64,000 bases of DNA from SAR202 cluster bacterium (GTDB lineage Bacteria > Chloroflexota > Dehalococcoidia > Lucifugimonadales > Australimonadaceae), in NCBI GenBank assembly GCA_016872415.1, contig VGZX01000005.1:5210-69209 (forward strand), written 5' to 3'. Positions 14,674-25,901 of this stretch are shown piece after piece; within the stretch, counting starts at the first letter, position 1; every line of letters starts with the position of its first letter. The position numbers were made by a program, and so were the translations under genes. The notes under the pieces were generated by a model. The model made no database searches. It was not told the DNA's origin and was given only the letters and a program-made list of their open reading frames with translations.

Positions 14674-15231
14674 ATGACGACGCAACGGACCGAGCTGGCG
14701 ACCCTGGCGGGCGGGTGCTTCTGGTGCTTGGAGGCGGTGCTTCAGCAGCTACGCGGCGTGCGCGCCGTCAAGTCCGGCTATGCCGGCGGCCACGAACCCA
14801 ACCCGACGTACGAGGCGGTATGCACCGGCGCCACCGGTCACGCCGAAGTCGTCCAAGTCGCCTACGACCCCGATGTCGTCTCCTACCGCGAGTTGCTCCA
14901 GGTCTTCTTCACCATTCACGACCCCACGACGTTGAACCGCCAGGGGCCGGACGTGGGCACGCAATACCGCTCGGCCATCTTCCACCATTCGCCGGAGCAG
15001 CGAGCGGTCGCGGAGGACGTGATCGCGGAGTTCACCCGCAAGCGGGTGCGGAAAGACAAGATCGTCACGGAGGTCGTTCCCTTCACGGACTTCTACCCCG
15101 CGGAGGCCTACCACGACGACTACTTCTTGCGGAACGGCTCGCAGCCCTACTGCGTGTTCGTCGTGCAGCCCAAGGTGGCGAAGTTCCGCAAGCAATTCGT
15201 CGACAAGCTGAAGGTGGGGGCCGGCAAGTAG
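14674..15231 (+). CDS. msrA: peptide-methionine (S)-S-oxide reductase
   Basis: MTTQRTELATLAGGCFWCLEAV..GYAGG..TGHAEVVQVAYDP. The ATG at 14674 is chosen; the upstream part of the track ORF overlaps the lactonase. Confidence 0.9.
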   Translation: MTTQRTELATLAGGCFWCLEAVLQQLRGVRAVKSGYAGGHEPNPTYEAVCTGATGHAEVVQVAYDPDVVSYRELLQVFFTIHDPTTLNRQGPDVGTQYRSAIFHHSPEQRAVAEDVIAEFTRKRVRKDKIVTEVVPFTDFYPAEAYHDDYFLRNGSQPYCVFVVQPKVAKFRKQFVDKLKVGAGK

Positions 15232-15241
15232 CGCGGCGCCC

Positions 15242-17365
<2,124 letters not shown>

Positions 17366-17389
17366 GGGCCACCTAGCATGGCACGCGGG

Positions 17390-17665
17390 CTAACAGCCCT
17401 GCACGCCCATGTAGAACTCGTCGCTTTCCTTGCTCGGCTGCCACCACAGCTTCCGCACCGCCTGCTCGGCCTTGAACGCCTCGCCTTCCATCTCCCAGTC
17501 CATCGCCAGCGCCAGATAGTTCAGGTTCGCCTGCACGATCCGCAGGGTGTCGATGGCCTTGCGCTCGTTGCGGTGCTTCTTGGCCCACTTCAACGCATCG
17601 ATCGCGTCCTCGACGCCCTTCTCGACCTGGGATTCGACATGCTTCTGTAACGCATTCGTGGTCAT
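17390..17665 (-). CDS. hypothetical 91-aa helical protein directly upstream of the CDC48-like gene
   Basis: ATG at 17665 with AGGAG 8 nt upstream. MTTNALQKHVESQVEKGVEDAIDALKWAKKHRNERKAIDTLRIV... The stop is 24 nt before the cdc48-like ATG. No family recognised. Confidence 0.55.
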   Translation of the reverse strand: MTTNALQKHVESQVEKGVEDAIDALKWAKKHRNERKAIDTLRIVQANLNYLALAMDWEMEGEAFKAEQAVRKLWWQPSKESDEFYMGVQGC

Positions 17666-17746
17666 CGCGCGGGCTCCTGGGTGTGAATCGTGCCGTCCTG
17701 ACGCCATGTAGTGTACCGCGCGCGCCCACATCGGGTCATCGTGTCG

Positions 17747-19408
17747 TCATGCGGGAACGGGGTAGCCATCGCATCGGGGGTCTGTGCCACCATGGCGGAC
17801 GCCCGTTGTCTGATCGATCTCGATCACCTGCATCGCGCCGCCGGACTCGCCCGCCGGCAGCCTGGTCAGCCGGTGGCCGCGGGCCGCCAGCTCGTCGCGC
17901 GCGGCGGACGAAAACCCGTCCTCCAGGCGCAGCTCGAACGGCTTGCCGACCGCCGCGGCATCGGAGCCGGGATAGACGTTCCAACGCGGCCGCTCGACGG
18001 CGTCCTGAACGTTCATGCCGTGGTCCAGCAAATTGCTGATGACCTGGACATTCCATTGAGGCTGCCGGTCGCCGCCGGGCGTGCAACCCAACAACATCGG
18101 CTTACCTTGGTCTAATACCATCCAGTTCTGGATCGTATTGATGGGGCGCTTCCCGGGCGCAAGCGCGTTCGGGTGCGCGGGGTCGAGGAAGAAGCTGCGG
18201 GCCACCCGGTCGTTGAGCAATATTCCCGTCTCGCCGGCCACCCAGCCGCAGCCGAAATACATCGAGAGGCTGTGGATGAACGAGACGGCGTTGCCCTCGC
18301 GGTCGACCACGCAGAAGCCGGACGTGCTGGAGTGCCCGCTGGACAGCGCCAGCGCCCCGGCCTCCACCCGCTCCGCCGCGCGGCGCGGGTCGATCCGCGG
18401 CCGGCGCTCGGCGGCGAAGCCCTTCGACAGCAGCGCGTCAATGGGCACGGCCCCCCGCGTCGGATCGCCGACGTATGCCAGACGGTCGGCGAAGGCCAGC
18501 TTGGCGGCTTCCGCCGTCGCATGCACCGCGTCCGCGCTGTTGGCGCCCAGGGCCGCCATGTCGAAACCTTCGATGATGTTCAGCAGCTCGAGGATGAGAT
18601 AGGACTGGGACGGTAGCCGGTTCGCGGCGACGAAGTAGCCGCGGTACGTCGTGGTGAGTGGCGGCTCGTAGATCTCCGTCGTGTGTGCCGTCATGTCGTC
18701 GAGCGATAGGAGACCGCCATCCCGCCGCGCCGCGTCCACGATCTCTCGCGCGAGGTCGCCCTGATAGAACTCATGGCGGCCGCCCTCGGCAATACGGCGA
18801 ATGCTGCGGCCCAGGTCGCGCTGCACCAGCACGTCGCCGGCCTGCCATGGGGCGCCACGGTTGGCATGGATGGCGGCGGTGGTGGGAAAGCGCGCAATCT
18901 TCTCGCGCCAATGCGTGAAATAGGCGGCCGTCCTTGGGGGCAGCGGGAAGCCCTGCTCCGCGATCTCGGCCGCCGGCGTGATGAGCGCGCCCAGCCTCCG
19001 CGTGCCGAAGCGGTTGACGATGGCGTCCCACGCGTCCACCTCGCCCGGCACCGACGCGGCCACGGGGCCAAGCGAGGGCATGGTCTCGTGTCCGTCCGCG
19101 ACGAAGCGTTCGCGCGTCGCCGCCATGGGGGCGCGGCCGCTGCCCGTCACGCCGTGAACCTTGCCGCTCTTCGCCTCGTAGAGGAGGGCGAAGACCTCGC
19201 CGCCAAGGCCGCACATCATGGGAATGGTCACCGCCTCGGCCGCGGCGACCGCCACCGTGGCGTCGAACGCGTTGCCGCCCTCGCGCAGCACGCGCGCGCC
19301 AATGGCGCCGGCCAGGGGCGAGGCGGTGCAGATCAGCCCGCCCGTCGTCATCAGCGGGCTTCGCGCACCGCCGGAGCCAAGGGACGCCGCCGCGTTCCGC
19401 TTCGCCAT
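17747..19408 (-). CDS. ggt: gamma-glutamyltranspeptidase-family N-terminal nucleophile hydrolase, no obvious signal peptide
   Basis: GGT blocks GGNAFDATVAVAAAEAV, MMCGLGGE, TSGFCVVDREGNAVSFIHSL and TPGGDRQPQ. Start at ATG 19408, preceded by GGGAGGTG. Confidence 0.85.
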   Translation of the reverse strand: MAKRNAAASLGSGGARSPLMTTGGLICTASPLAGAIGARVLREGGNAFDATVAVAAAEAVTIPMMCGLGGEVFALLYEAKSGKVHGVTGSGRAPMAATRERFVADGHETMPSLGPVAASVPGEVDAWDAIVNRFGTRRLGALITPAAEIAEQGFPLPPRTAAYFTHWREKIARFPTTAAIHANRGAPWQAGDVLVQRDLGRSIRRIAEGGRHEFYQGDLAREIVDAARRDGGLLSLDDMTAHTTEIYEPPLTTTYRGYFVAANRLPSQSYLILELLNIIEGFDMAALGANSADAVHATAEAAKLAFADRLAYVGDPTRGAVPIDALLSKGFAAERRPRIDPRRAAERVEAGALALSSGHSSTSGFCVVDREGNAVSFIHSLSMYFGCGWVAGETGILLNDRVARSFFLDPAHPNALAPGKRPINTIQNWMVLDQGKPMLLGCTPGGDRQPQWNVQVISNLLDHGMNVQDAVERPRWNVYPGSDAAAVGKPFELRLEDGFSSAARDELAARGHRLTRLPAGESGGAMQVIEIDQTTGVRHGGTDPRCDGYPVPA

Positions 19409-19467
19409 GTCGCACCTCCCGGTTCGCGCGACGGTAGCACCGGGCCATCCAGTGGTCAACGGCGCCC

Positions 19468-19505
19468 GGCTTGCGTGCTACACTGGCGCGGAGCGAACGC
19501 AAGCC
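19468..19505 (+). promoter_or_regulatory. 9-bp inverted repeat (GGCTTGCGT..ACGCAAGCC) in the divergent ggt / Rieske oxygenase intergenic region
   Basis: Perfect 9-bp arms at 19468-19476 and 19497-19505, just upstream of the Rieske oxygenase RBS. It could be an operator or a 5'UTR hairpin. Confidence 0.35.
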
Positions 19506-19526
19506 CGGCGGTCAGGAGGATGGCGC

Positions 19527-20768
19527 ATGGTGAAGGAGCGGGAAGACCAGCAAGACGTGCAATCCGAGTTGGACCAGGCCCAGCGCCGGAAGCCGTGGCA
19601 ACGCTACCTCGAAGCCTCCCTCGGTCTCCGGAACTACTGGTATCCCGCCCTCTTCTCCCGCGAGCTGCCGGAGGACCACATGCGCGCCGAGATCATTGCC
19701 GGCGAGCGCCTGTTCTTCAAACGCATCGACGGCAAGGTCTACTGCGTCGAGGACCGCTGCATCCACCGTGGCGTTCCGTTTTCACCACGGCCCGAGTGCT
19801 ACACCGACAACACGCTCACCTGCTGGTTCCACGGCTTCACCTACGATTGGCGCACCGGCAAGCTCGTGCAGATCCTGACCGAGGAAGACAGCGCCCTCCT
19901 CGGCAAGGTCGGCATTAAGGCTTATCCGACCCAGGAGGTCGGCGAGACCATCTTCGTCTACATCGGCGATGGCGCGCCGCATGACATCCGCGAGGACGCG
20001 CAGCCGCGCCTCTTCGACGCCGACCTGGTCGTGGAGCCACTGGTGCGCTATAAGATCAAGTGCAATTGGCGCGTTGCCGCCGAAAACGGCTTCGACGCCG
20101 CTCACATCTACGGCCACCGTGACTGGGTCGGCTTCAGGCGCGGCGGCCTCACGGCCTACCCGCTCGGCACCTACCCGTCGAGCAAGGACATCGTCCGCGT
20201 TTTGGAGGAAGACGGAAAGCCCAAGGGCGTCTTGAAGCGCGACGACACGCAGGTCTACGCGGCCGAGATCGACGGCGTAGACATACGGGTGGAGGGCTAC
20301 CCGAAGGACGCTCCCCGCGTGCGCCACGAGCCTCGCGAAACCGAGGTGTCGTGCTTCATGCCGGCGGGGCTGCAAGTCGTCGGGTTCCCCAAGCGCGGGA
20401 TGGTCCACTTCGAATGGTACGTGCCCATCGACGACGACCACCACATGTACACCATCCTCCAAGGCGGCTACGCCAAGACGCCGGAGGAGCGGGAGGCGTT
20501 CAAGCGCGAATGCCGCGAGGTGCTTGGCCCCCTCGTGTGGAACGAGCCCGGCAAGGAGCCCGCCGGCTTCAACAACTTCGATTCGTTCGGCCGCAAGTGG
20601 ACGCACCACGCCTACGCGAAGGAGGACTGGTGGCACCGCGAGCGGCTGTTCAAGCCGGACTACATCATCATGCAGTGGCGCATGCTCGTCGCCAAGCACG
20701 CCCGCGCCATACAGACCTGGGGCAATTGGCAGAAGCCCGACGAGGACGACATCCCGCAAGTGCCGTGA
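19527..20768 (+). CDS. Rieske [2Fe-2S] non-heme iron oxygenase, alpha-subunit type
   Basis: Rieske motif CIHRG..CWFHGF. Catalytic-domain motif NWRVAAENGFDAAHIYGH. ATG at 19527 with AGGAGGA upstream; the earlier part of the track ORF overlaps ggt antisense. Confidence 0.85.
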   Translation: MVKEREDQQDVQSELDQAQRRKPWQRYLEASLGLRNYWYPALFSRELPEDHMRAEIIAGERLFFKRIDGKVYCVEDRCIHRGVPFSPRPECYTDNTLTCWFHGFTYDWRTGKLVQILTEEDSALLGKVGIKAYPTQEVGETIFVYIGDGAPHDIREDAQPRLFDADLVVEPLVRYKIKCNWRVAAENGFDAAHIYGHRDWVGFRRGGLTAYPLGTYPSSKDIVRVLEEDGKPKGVLKRDDTQVYAAEIDGVDIRVEGYPKDAPRVRHEPRETEVSCFMPAGLQVVGFPKRGMVHFEWYVPIDDDHHMYTILQGGYAKTPEEREAFKRECREVLGPLVWNEPGKEPAGFNNFDSFGRKWTHHAYAKEDWWHRERLFKPDYIIMQWRMLVAKHARAIQTWGNWQKPDEDDIPQVP

Positions 20769-20872
20769 CCGGCAGCCGCGATGCCGACGCCGGAGGTGGG
20801 GGTTGCTCGCGCCCTGGTCGCCGCCACCTCGCGCGAGTGCCGCGCCCCATGCCGGGCCTCCGTTGCCGGTCA

Positions 20873-20904
20873 TTGCGTTGACGGACGCCGGCAAACGATA
20901 GAAT
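20873..20904 (+). promoter_or_regulatory. sigma70-like promoter candidate for the LysR gene (TTGCGT/TTGACG .. TAGAAT)
   Basis: -10 TAGAAT at 20899-20904. The -35 candidates TTGACG (15-nt spacer) and TTGCGT (20-nt spacer) are both non-ideal. Confidence 0.35.
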
Positions 20905-20942
20905 CTATAAACACAGCCTATCGCTCGTAGACGGTTGGTGCT

Positions 20943-21854
20943 ATGGAACTCCCCCAGCTCGAAGCGTTCCTCAAGGCCGTCGAGCACCGCAGCTTCAGCC
21001 GCGCGGCCACGGCGCTCGGCATCTCGCAGCCGTCGCTCAGCGCGCGCATCCAGACGTTGGAGGAGGATGTCGGCGAGCAACTGTTCCAGCGCGTCGGCCG
21101 CGGTGTCCGCCTCACCGACGCGGGCCGCACCTTCCTGCCCTACGCCCAACGCTCGCTCGATGCCCTCCGCAGCGGCCGCGAGGCGCTCGACGCCAGCCGC
21201 ACCGCTTCCGGTGGGCAACTGTTCATCGGCGCGGCGCGCAGCATCTCCGCCTACGTGCTCCCCGGCATCCTCGATACCTTCCATCACCGCTACCCCGGCG
21301 TGGAGCTCTCGATCAAGACCGGCCGCTCCTCGCAGATATTGGAAATGGTGATCGAGGAAGGCATCCAGATCGGCCTTTCGCGCGCGCTCTACCACCCCGA
21401 CGTGACCACCACCCACCTGTACGACGAGGAGGTGGTGCTGGTCACGCACCCAGACCACCCCTTCGCGAAGGCCGGCAGCGCCAGCATTTACGAGGTCGCC
21501 TCGCAGCCGCTGATCGTCTACGACAAGGACAGCACCTACTTCCTCCTCATCGAGCGCGTCTGCCGCGAGGCGGGCATCGTGCCCAACATCCAGATGGACT
21601 TGGACAGCATCGAGGCGACGAAGAAGATGATCGAGCGGGGCCTCGGCGTCTCGTTCCTGCCGCGCAACGCCCTCACGCGAGAGTTCTCGCAGGGCACGCT
21701 CTCGCAGGCGGCGCTGAAGGAAGGTCATCGCATCACCCTGCCCACCGCCGCGATGGTGCGACGCGGCACCAACCACAGTGCCATCCTCAACGCGTTCCTG
21801 GGCCTGCTCAACGAGCTCTACCCCCAGGCCACCCAGCTGCGCGCCGCCAGCTGA
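20943..21854 (+). CDS. LysR-family transcriptional regulator
   Basis: N-terminal HTH MELPQLEAFLKAVEHRSFSRAATALGISQPSLSARIQTLEEDVGEQLFQRVGRGVRLT, followed by a LysR substrate-binding domain. Confidence 0.9.
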   Translation: MELPQLEAFLKAVEHRSFSRAATALGISQPSLSARIQTLEEDVGEQLFQRVGRGVRLTDAGRTFLPYAQRSLDALRSGREALDASRTASGGQLFIGAARSISAYVLPGILDTFHHRYPGVELSIKTGRSSQILEMVIEEGIQIGLSRALYHPDVTTTHLYDEEVVLVTHPDHPFAKAGSASIYEVASQPLIVYDKDSTYFLLIERVCREAGIVPNIQMDLDSIEATKKMIERGLGVSFLPRNALTREFSQGTLSQAALKEGHRITLPTAAMVRRGTNHSAILNAFLGLLNELYPQATQLRAAS

Positions 21855-21881
21855 GACGCATCCAGCCCGGTGGCGCGACGA

Positions 21882-21909
21882 AGCCCCGGAACCGGTCACC
21901 GGTCCGGGG
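21882..21909. terminator. GC-rich hairpin between the convergent LysR and dienelactone hydrolase genes
   Basis: GCCCCGGAACCGG tca CCGGTCCGGGGC, a stem of about 12 bp with one bulge. No clear U-tract. Confidence 0.45.
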
Positions 21910-21946
21910 CCTCGTCCCATCACTCACGCGCGAATGGGCGGCTCCC

Positions 21947-22702
21947 CTAGCCGGCGGCCACCGCGCCGACACCCAGATGCTTCTTGAAGAACGCCACCGT
22001 CTTGGGCCAGGCGTCGTGGGCGGCGGCCTGGTTGTAGCTGCCGCGGTCGTCGCACATGAAGCCGTGCCCCGCGCCATCGTAGCGGTGCACCTCGATCGTC
22101 TTGCCCGCCTGTTTCAACGTCTGCTCCAGCTTCGTCACGTCGTCGGGCGATGGGTTCTGGTCAAGGTTGCCGAAGAGGCCGATGATCGGCGCCTTCACCC
22201 CTTTGGCGTAGTCCAACGGCACGGGCGCGCCCGGAGCCGCCGGGTTGCGGACGATGCCGCCGCCATAGTAAACGGCGGCAGCCTTGATGCCCTTCACCTT
22301 CGCGGCGGCGATGAATGCCACGCGCCCGCCGAAGCAATACCCGGTGATGGCGATCTTGTCGCCCTGCACGTCCGGCCGACCCTGGAGGTACTCCACGACG
22401 GCATTCAGGTCGTTCACGATGCGCTCCTCCGTCAGCTGCCCAGCCTGTGCCCGCCCGCTGTCGAAGTCGGTGTAGGGAATCTGCTTGACGGGGCCGCCGC
22501 GGTAGAACAGGTCGGGCGCGGCCGTGACGAACCCCTCGTCGCGAAACTCCTGGGCAATGGCCTGCGTGTTACGGTTCACGCCGAAGATCTCTTGTATCAC
22601 GATCACCGCCGGCCGCTTTTGGTCGTCCTTGTGGCCGTACGTGAAGACGGGCATCTCGCCGTCCTTCGTCTTGACGTTCAGCACCTCGGATAGCAAAGCC
22701 AT
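21947..22702 (-). CDS. dienelactone hydrolase family protein
   Basis: MALLSEVLNVKTKDGEMPVFTY..PAVIVIQEIFGVN..ITGYCFGGRVAF..AGHGF. ATG at 22702 with GAGGAGGAG upstream. Confidence 0.85.
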   Translation of the reverse strand: MALLSEVLNVKTKDGEMPVFTYGHKDDQKRPAVIVIQEIFGVNRNTQAIAQEFRDEGFVTAAPDLFYRGGPVKQIPYTDFDSGRAQAGQLTEERIVNDLNAVVEYLQGRPDVQGDKIAITGYCFGGRVAFIAAAKVKGIKAAAVYYGGGIVRNPAAPGAPVPLDYAKGVKAPIIGLFGNLDQNPSPDDVTKLEQTLKQAGKTIEVHRYDGAGHGFMCDDRGSYNQAAAHDAWPKTVAFFKKHLGVGAVAAG

Positions 22703-22803
22703 TGGACTCCTCCTCATTGATGGTTCACGCGGCATTGTAGGGGCGCCTTGACAGGGCGGGCAATCCTGGTACGTTGCGTCTCGCTTGCGGCGAGGAGACA
22801 TGG

Positions 22804-24198
22804 ATGCAGGGTAAGTGGCGCGCGACGTGGGCCGGGAGTTTCTTCTTCATCGCGGGCACGATCGAGAACGGATCGTGGCCCATCCTGCTTCCCGTGATCG
22901 CCGACAACTTCGACGTGTCGGTCGCCACCATCGCGTGGACGCTCGTTGCCTTCGCCCTCGGCATGGCCGGGGCCGCGCTCACCAGCGGGCGCATCAGCGA
23001 TGTCATCGGCCATAAGAAGATCGCGCTCGTGGGCGTGACCATGGAGGCTGCATTCCTCGCCCTGTGCGCCATCGCCCCCTCGTTCTGGATCATCGTCGTG
23101 TTGCGGTTCTTCCAGGGCATGTCGCGCTCCGTCGCGCTCAACGGCGCGAGCGGCCTCGTCATCAGCGCATGGCCTCAAGCCGAACGCGGCCGCATTCTCG
23201 GGTTGCGAAATGGCATGGCCGCCGGCGGCCTGCTGCTCGGTCCAGTGTATGCCGGCGCCGTGGGCGATGTGTCGAGCTGGCGTTGGGCATTGCTGGGTGT
23301 CGTCGTGCTCTACGTGGTTCACTTCGGCCTCGTCGCCGCCCTTGGGCGCCGCGATGCCGCCCGCGACGCCAAGGCGTCCGACATGCTGCGACGGCTCGAC
23401 TGGGCCGGCGCCGTTGCGTTTCTCGTGGCGATCTGCTCGTTCCTCTATTCCGCGCAGCTCGTCCGTAACTGGTCATCGCTGCCGTTCGCCATCGCGGGCT
23501 TCGGCCTCGCGGCGGCCGCGCTCTACGCCGCCATCAAGTTCGAGGGCCGCTCGGCCATGCCGGTGCTCAACCTGGGCCTGTTCAAGTCACGTCAGTTCTC
23601 CGCGGCCGGCGCCGGGCTCATCGGCTTCAGCATGACCTTTGGCGCCGTCACGTTCCTGTTCCCCTTCTACATGCAGCGCGGCATCGGCTGGTCGCTGGCG
23701 TTCGCCGGCCTCGTCATGACGACGCTGAACTTCGTGCAGATCTGGGGCTCGCCCTTGATGGGCTGGCTCTCCGACAAGCTCGGCGCCCGGACGATCCAAT
23801 CGGTGGGCCTGGCGGCCATGGTCGCGGCGCTGCTGCTCGGCTCGCGGCTCGGCGGCGCGCCCGCCACCTGGCACGTCGTCGCCGTCCTGCTCATCGTCGG
23901 CGCCGCCATGAGCATCTACACGCAGCCCAACAACCGGGTCATCTTCAACGCGGTGCCGCCGAACGCCATGGGCTCCGCCAACGCCATCAGCGCCGTGGGC
24001 CGTTACATCGGCCAATCGCTCGGCACCGCTGCGGCCGCCGCCATGTTGGCCGGTCAGACCTCCGTGCCGCAAGCGTTCAGCTCCGCGATGGTCGTCTTGG
24101 CCGTGGTGACGGCGGTCGTCATCACGGCAACGTTGCTGGTGCCGGGTCGGTCCGCCGTGGCCGTGCCCACCCCCGGTCCCACCGCCGGCCGCCGATAA
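22804..24198 (+). CDS. MFS transporter (drug/H+ antiporter-like, about 14 predicted TM segments)
   Basis: Hydrophobic repeats with the MFS motif GRISDVIGHKK. ATG at 22804 after GAGGAG. Confidence 0.85.
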   Translation: MQGKWRATWAGSFFFIAGTIENGSWPILLPVIADNFDVSVATIAWTLVAFALGMAGAALTSGRISDVIGHKKIALVGVTMEAAFLALCAIAPSFWIIVVLRFFQGMSRSVALNGASGLVISAWPQAERGRILGLRNGMAAGGLLLGPVYAGAVGDVSSWRWALLGVVVLYVVHFGLVAALGRRDAARDAKASDMLRRLDWAGAVAFLVAICSFLYSAQLVRNWSSLPFAIAGFGLAAAALYAAIKFEGRSAMPVLNLGLFKSRQFSAAGAGLIGFSMTFGAVTFLFPFYMQRGIGWSLAFAGLVMTTLNFVQIWGSPLMGWLSDKLGARTIQSVGLAAMVAALLLGSRLGGAPATWHVVAVLLIVGAAMSIYTQPNNRVIFNAVPPNAMGSANAISAVGRYIGQSLGTAAAAAMLAGQTSVPQAFSSAMVVLAVVTAVVITATLLVPGRSAVAVPTPGPTAGRR

Positions 24199-24210
24199 CG
24201 AGAGGAGACG

Positions 24211-24414
24211 ATGATGCAGTCGAGAAGTGGCCCGCCGAAGGATGCGTTCATGGCCCTTGCCGCGCAGCTCGGCTTCGATCCGGCCGACCCGCACACCGAG
24301 GCGCTGTACGCCGAAGTGTGCCTCCGCGCCTCGTTCGCCGACGCGCTGCGCCCGCTCGACCTGGAAGGCGTCGATCCCATCGTCCTGCCGCCCCGGCCGG
24401 AGGCGACACGATGA
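24211..24414 (+). CDS. GatC-like small protein (AtzG-like amidase partner)
   Basis: 67 aa, GAGAGGAGA RBS. The C-terminal LDLEGVDPIV resembles the GatC LDTEGVEP motif. Its TGA overlaps the amidase ATG (ATGA at 24411-24414). Confidence 0.6.
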   Translation: MMQSRSGPPKDAFMALAAQLGFDPADPHTEALYAEVCLRASFADALRPLDLEGVDPIVLPPRPEATR

Positions 24415-25787
24415 CGACATCGCTCACCGAGGCCACCGTCGCCGAGCTGTCGCGCCTCATCGCCGCGCGCGAGACCTCGCCTGTCGAGGTAGCGAAGGCC
24501 CACATCGACCGCATCGACAAGGTCGAACCGTCCGTCGGCGCCTTCATCACGCGGCTCGACGACGCGCTGATGACTGCCGCGCGCGAGGCCGAGCGCGAAA
24601 TCGCCTCGGGCAACCATCGCGGCCCCCTGCACGGCATCCCCTATGGCGCCAAGGACCTGTTCTGGACCGCCGGCACCCGCACGACGAACGGCTCCGACGT
24701 CGATCGCGATTTCGTGCCCCGCTCCAACGCGACCGTCATCGACCGTATGAGCGGTGCCGGCGCGCTCCTGGCCGGCAAGCTGAACATGACGGAGTACGCC
24801 TTCGGGCCGACGGGCGAGAACTCGCACTACGGCACGCCCCGCAACCCCTGGAACCCCGAGCGCTTGTGCGGTGGGTCCAGCAGCGGCTCCGGCGGCGCGG
24901 TCGCGGCGCGCATGCTGCCATTCGCCCTCGGCACCGACACGGGCGGCTCCATCCGCATCCCCTCGTCGCTCTGCGGCCTCACCGGCATCAAGCCCACGTT
25001 CGGCTTGCTGGACCGTGGCGGCGTCACCCCGCTCGCTTGGAGCATGGACACAGTAGGTCCGTTGGCGCGGACCGCCGAGGACGCCGCGCTGGTCCTCGAC
25101 GCCCTCCGCGGCAGTGGCGCGGGCTACGCGCGCGGCCTGCGTGGCGGCATCCGCGGCCTGCGCGTCGGCGTGCCGGAGGCATTCGCCCTTGCCATCGCCG
25201 ATCCAGAGGTCGCGGCCGCGTTTCGCGCGGCGCTTCACATCCTCGAAGGGCTGGGCGCCGTCGTCACCACGGCCGAGGTCCCGGAGTTCGCCCATGCCGA
25301 CGCCGCGTTCGGCGTCACGATCGTCACCGAGGGCGCGGCCGCGCACCGCGAGAAGGTGCTGCGGGAGGGAAAGCATTACGACGCTCCGGTGCGCCTTCGC
25401 ATCGAAGCGGGCCTGTTCATGCTGGCGGAGTCATACCTGCTGGCGCAGCGTTTCCGCGAGCTGCAGCGCCGCGCGATGGAGCGGACGTTTGGCGAGGTCG
25501 ATGTGCTCGCCATGCCGACGACGGTGATACCGGCGCCCAAGCCTGGTCAGATGCGCGTCGTCGTGGAAGGCAAGGAGATGCCCCTCCGCGACCTCATCCT
25601 CAAGCTGACCCGCATCATCAACCTCACGGGCCATCCCGCCTTGTCGGCGCCTTGCGGTTTCACGAGGGAGGGCTTGCCCATCGGCCTGCAGCTGGTGGGG
25701 CGCTACCACGAGGACGCATCGTTGTTGTCGGCCGCGCATGCCTACCAGCAAGCAACCGATTGGCACGTGCGGAAGCCGCCGATCTAG
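24411..25787 (+). CDS. amidase-signature (GatA-like) amidase
   Basis: MTTSLTEATVAELSRLIAARETSPVEV..GPLHGIPYGAKDLF..CGGSSSGSGGAVAA..GTDTGGSIRIPSSLCGLTGIKPTFG. This contains the Ser-cisSer-Lys family blocks. Confidence 0.9.
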   Translation: MTTSLTEATVAELSRLIAARETSPVEVAKAHIDRIDKVEPSVGAFITRLDDALMTAAREAEREIASGNHRGPLHGIPYGAKDLFWTAGTRTTNGSDVDRDFVPRSNATVIDRMSGAGALLAGKLNMTEYAFGPTGENSHYGTPRNPWNPERLCGGSSSGSGGAVAARMLPFALGTDTGGSIRIPSSLCGLTGIKPTFGLLDRGGVTPLAWSMDTVGPLARTAEDAALVLDALRGSGAGYARGLRGGIRGLRVGVPEAFALAIADPEVAAAFRAALHILEGLGAVVTTAEVPEFAHADAAFGVTIVTEGAAAHREKVLREGKHYDAPVRLRIEAGLFMLAESYLLAQRFRELQRRAMERTFGEVDVLAMPTTVIPAPKPGQMRVVVEGKEMPLRDLILKLTRIINLTGHPALSAPCGFTREGLPIGLQLVGRYHEDASLLSAAHAYQQATDWHVRKPPI

Positions 25788-25901
25788 CCGGAACCCCCGC
25801 CGGAGCCGACCACCTGCGACCCGCGCGTGCGGCCTCGTTCGCCACGCGTGTCTATACTGGTCTTCACGAACATCTGGTTCCGACGAGGTCGAACAGCATC
25901 C

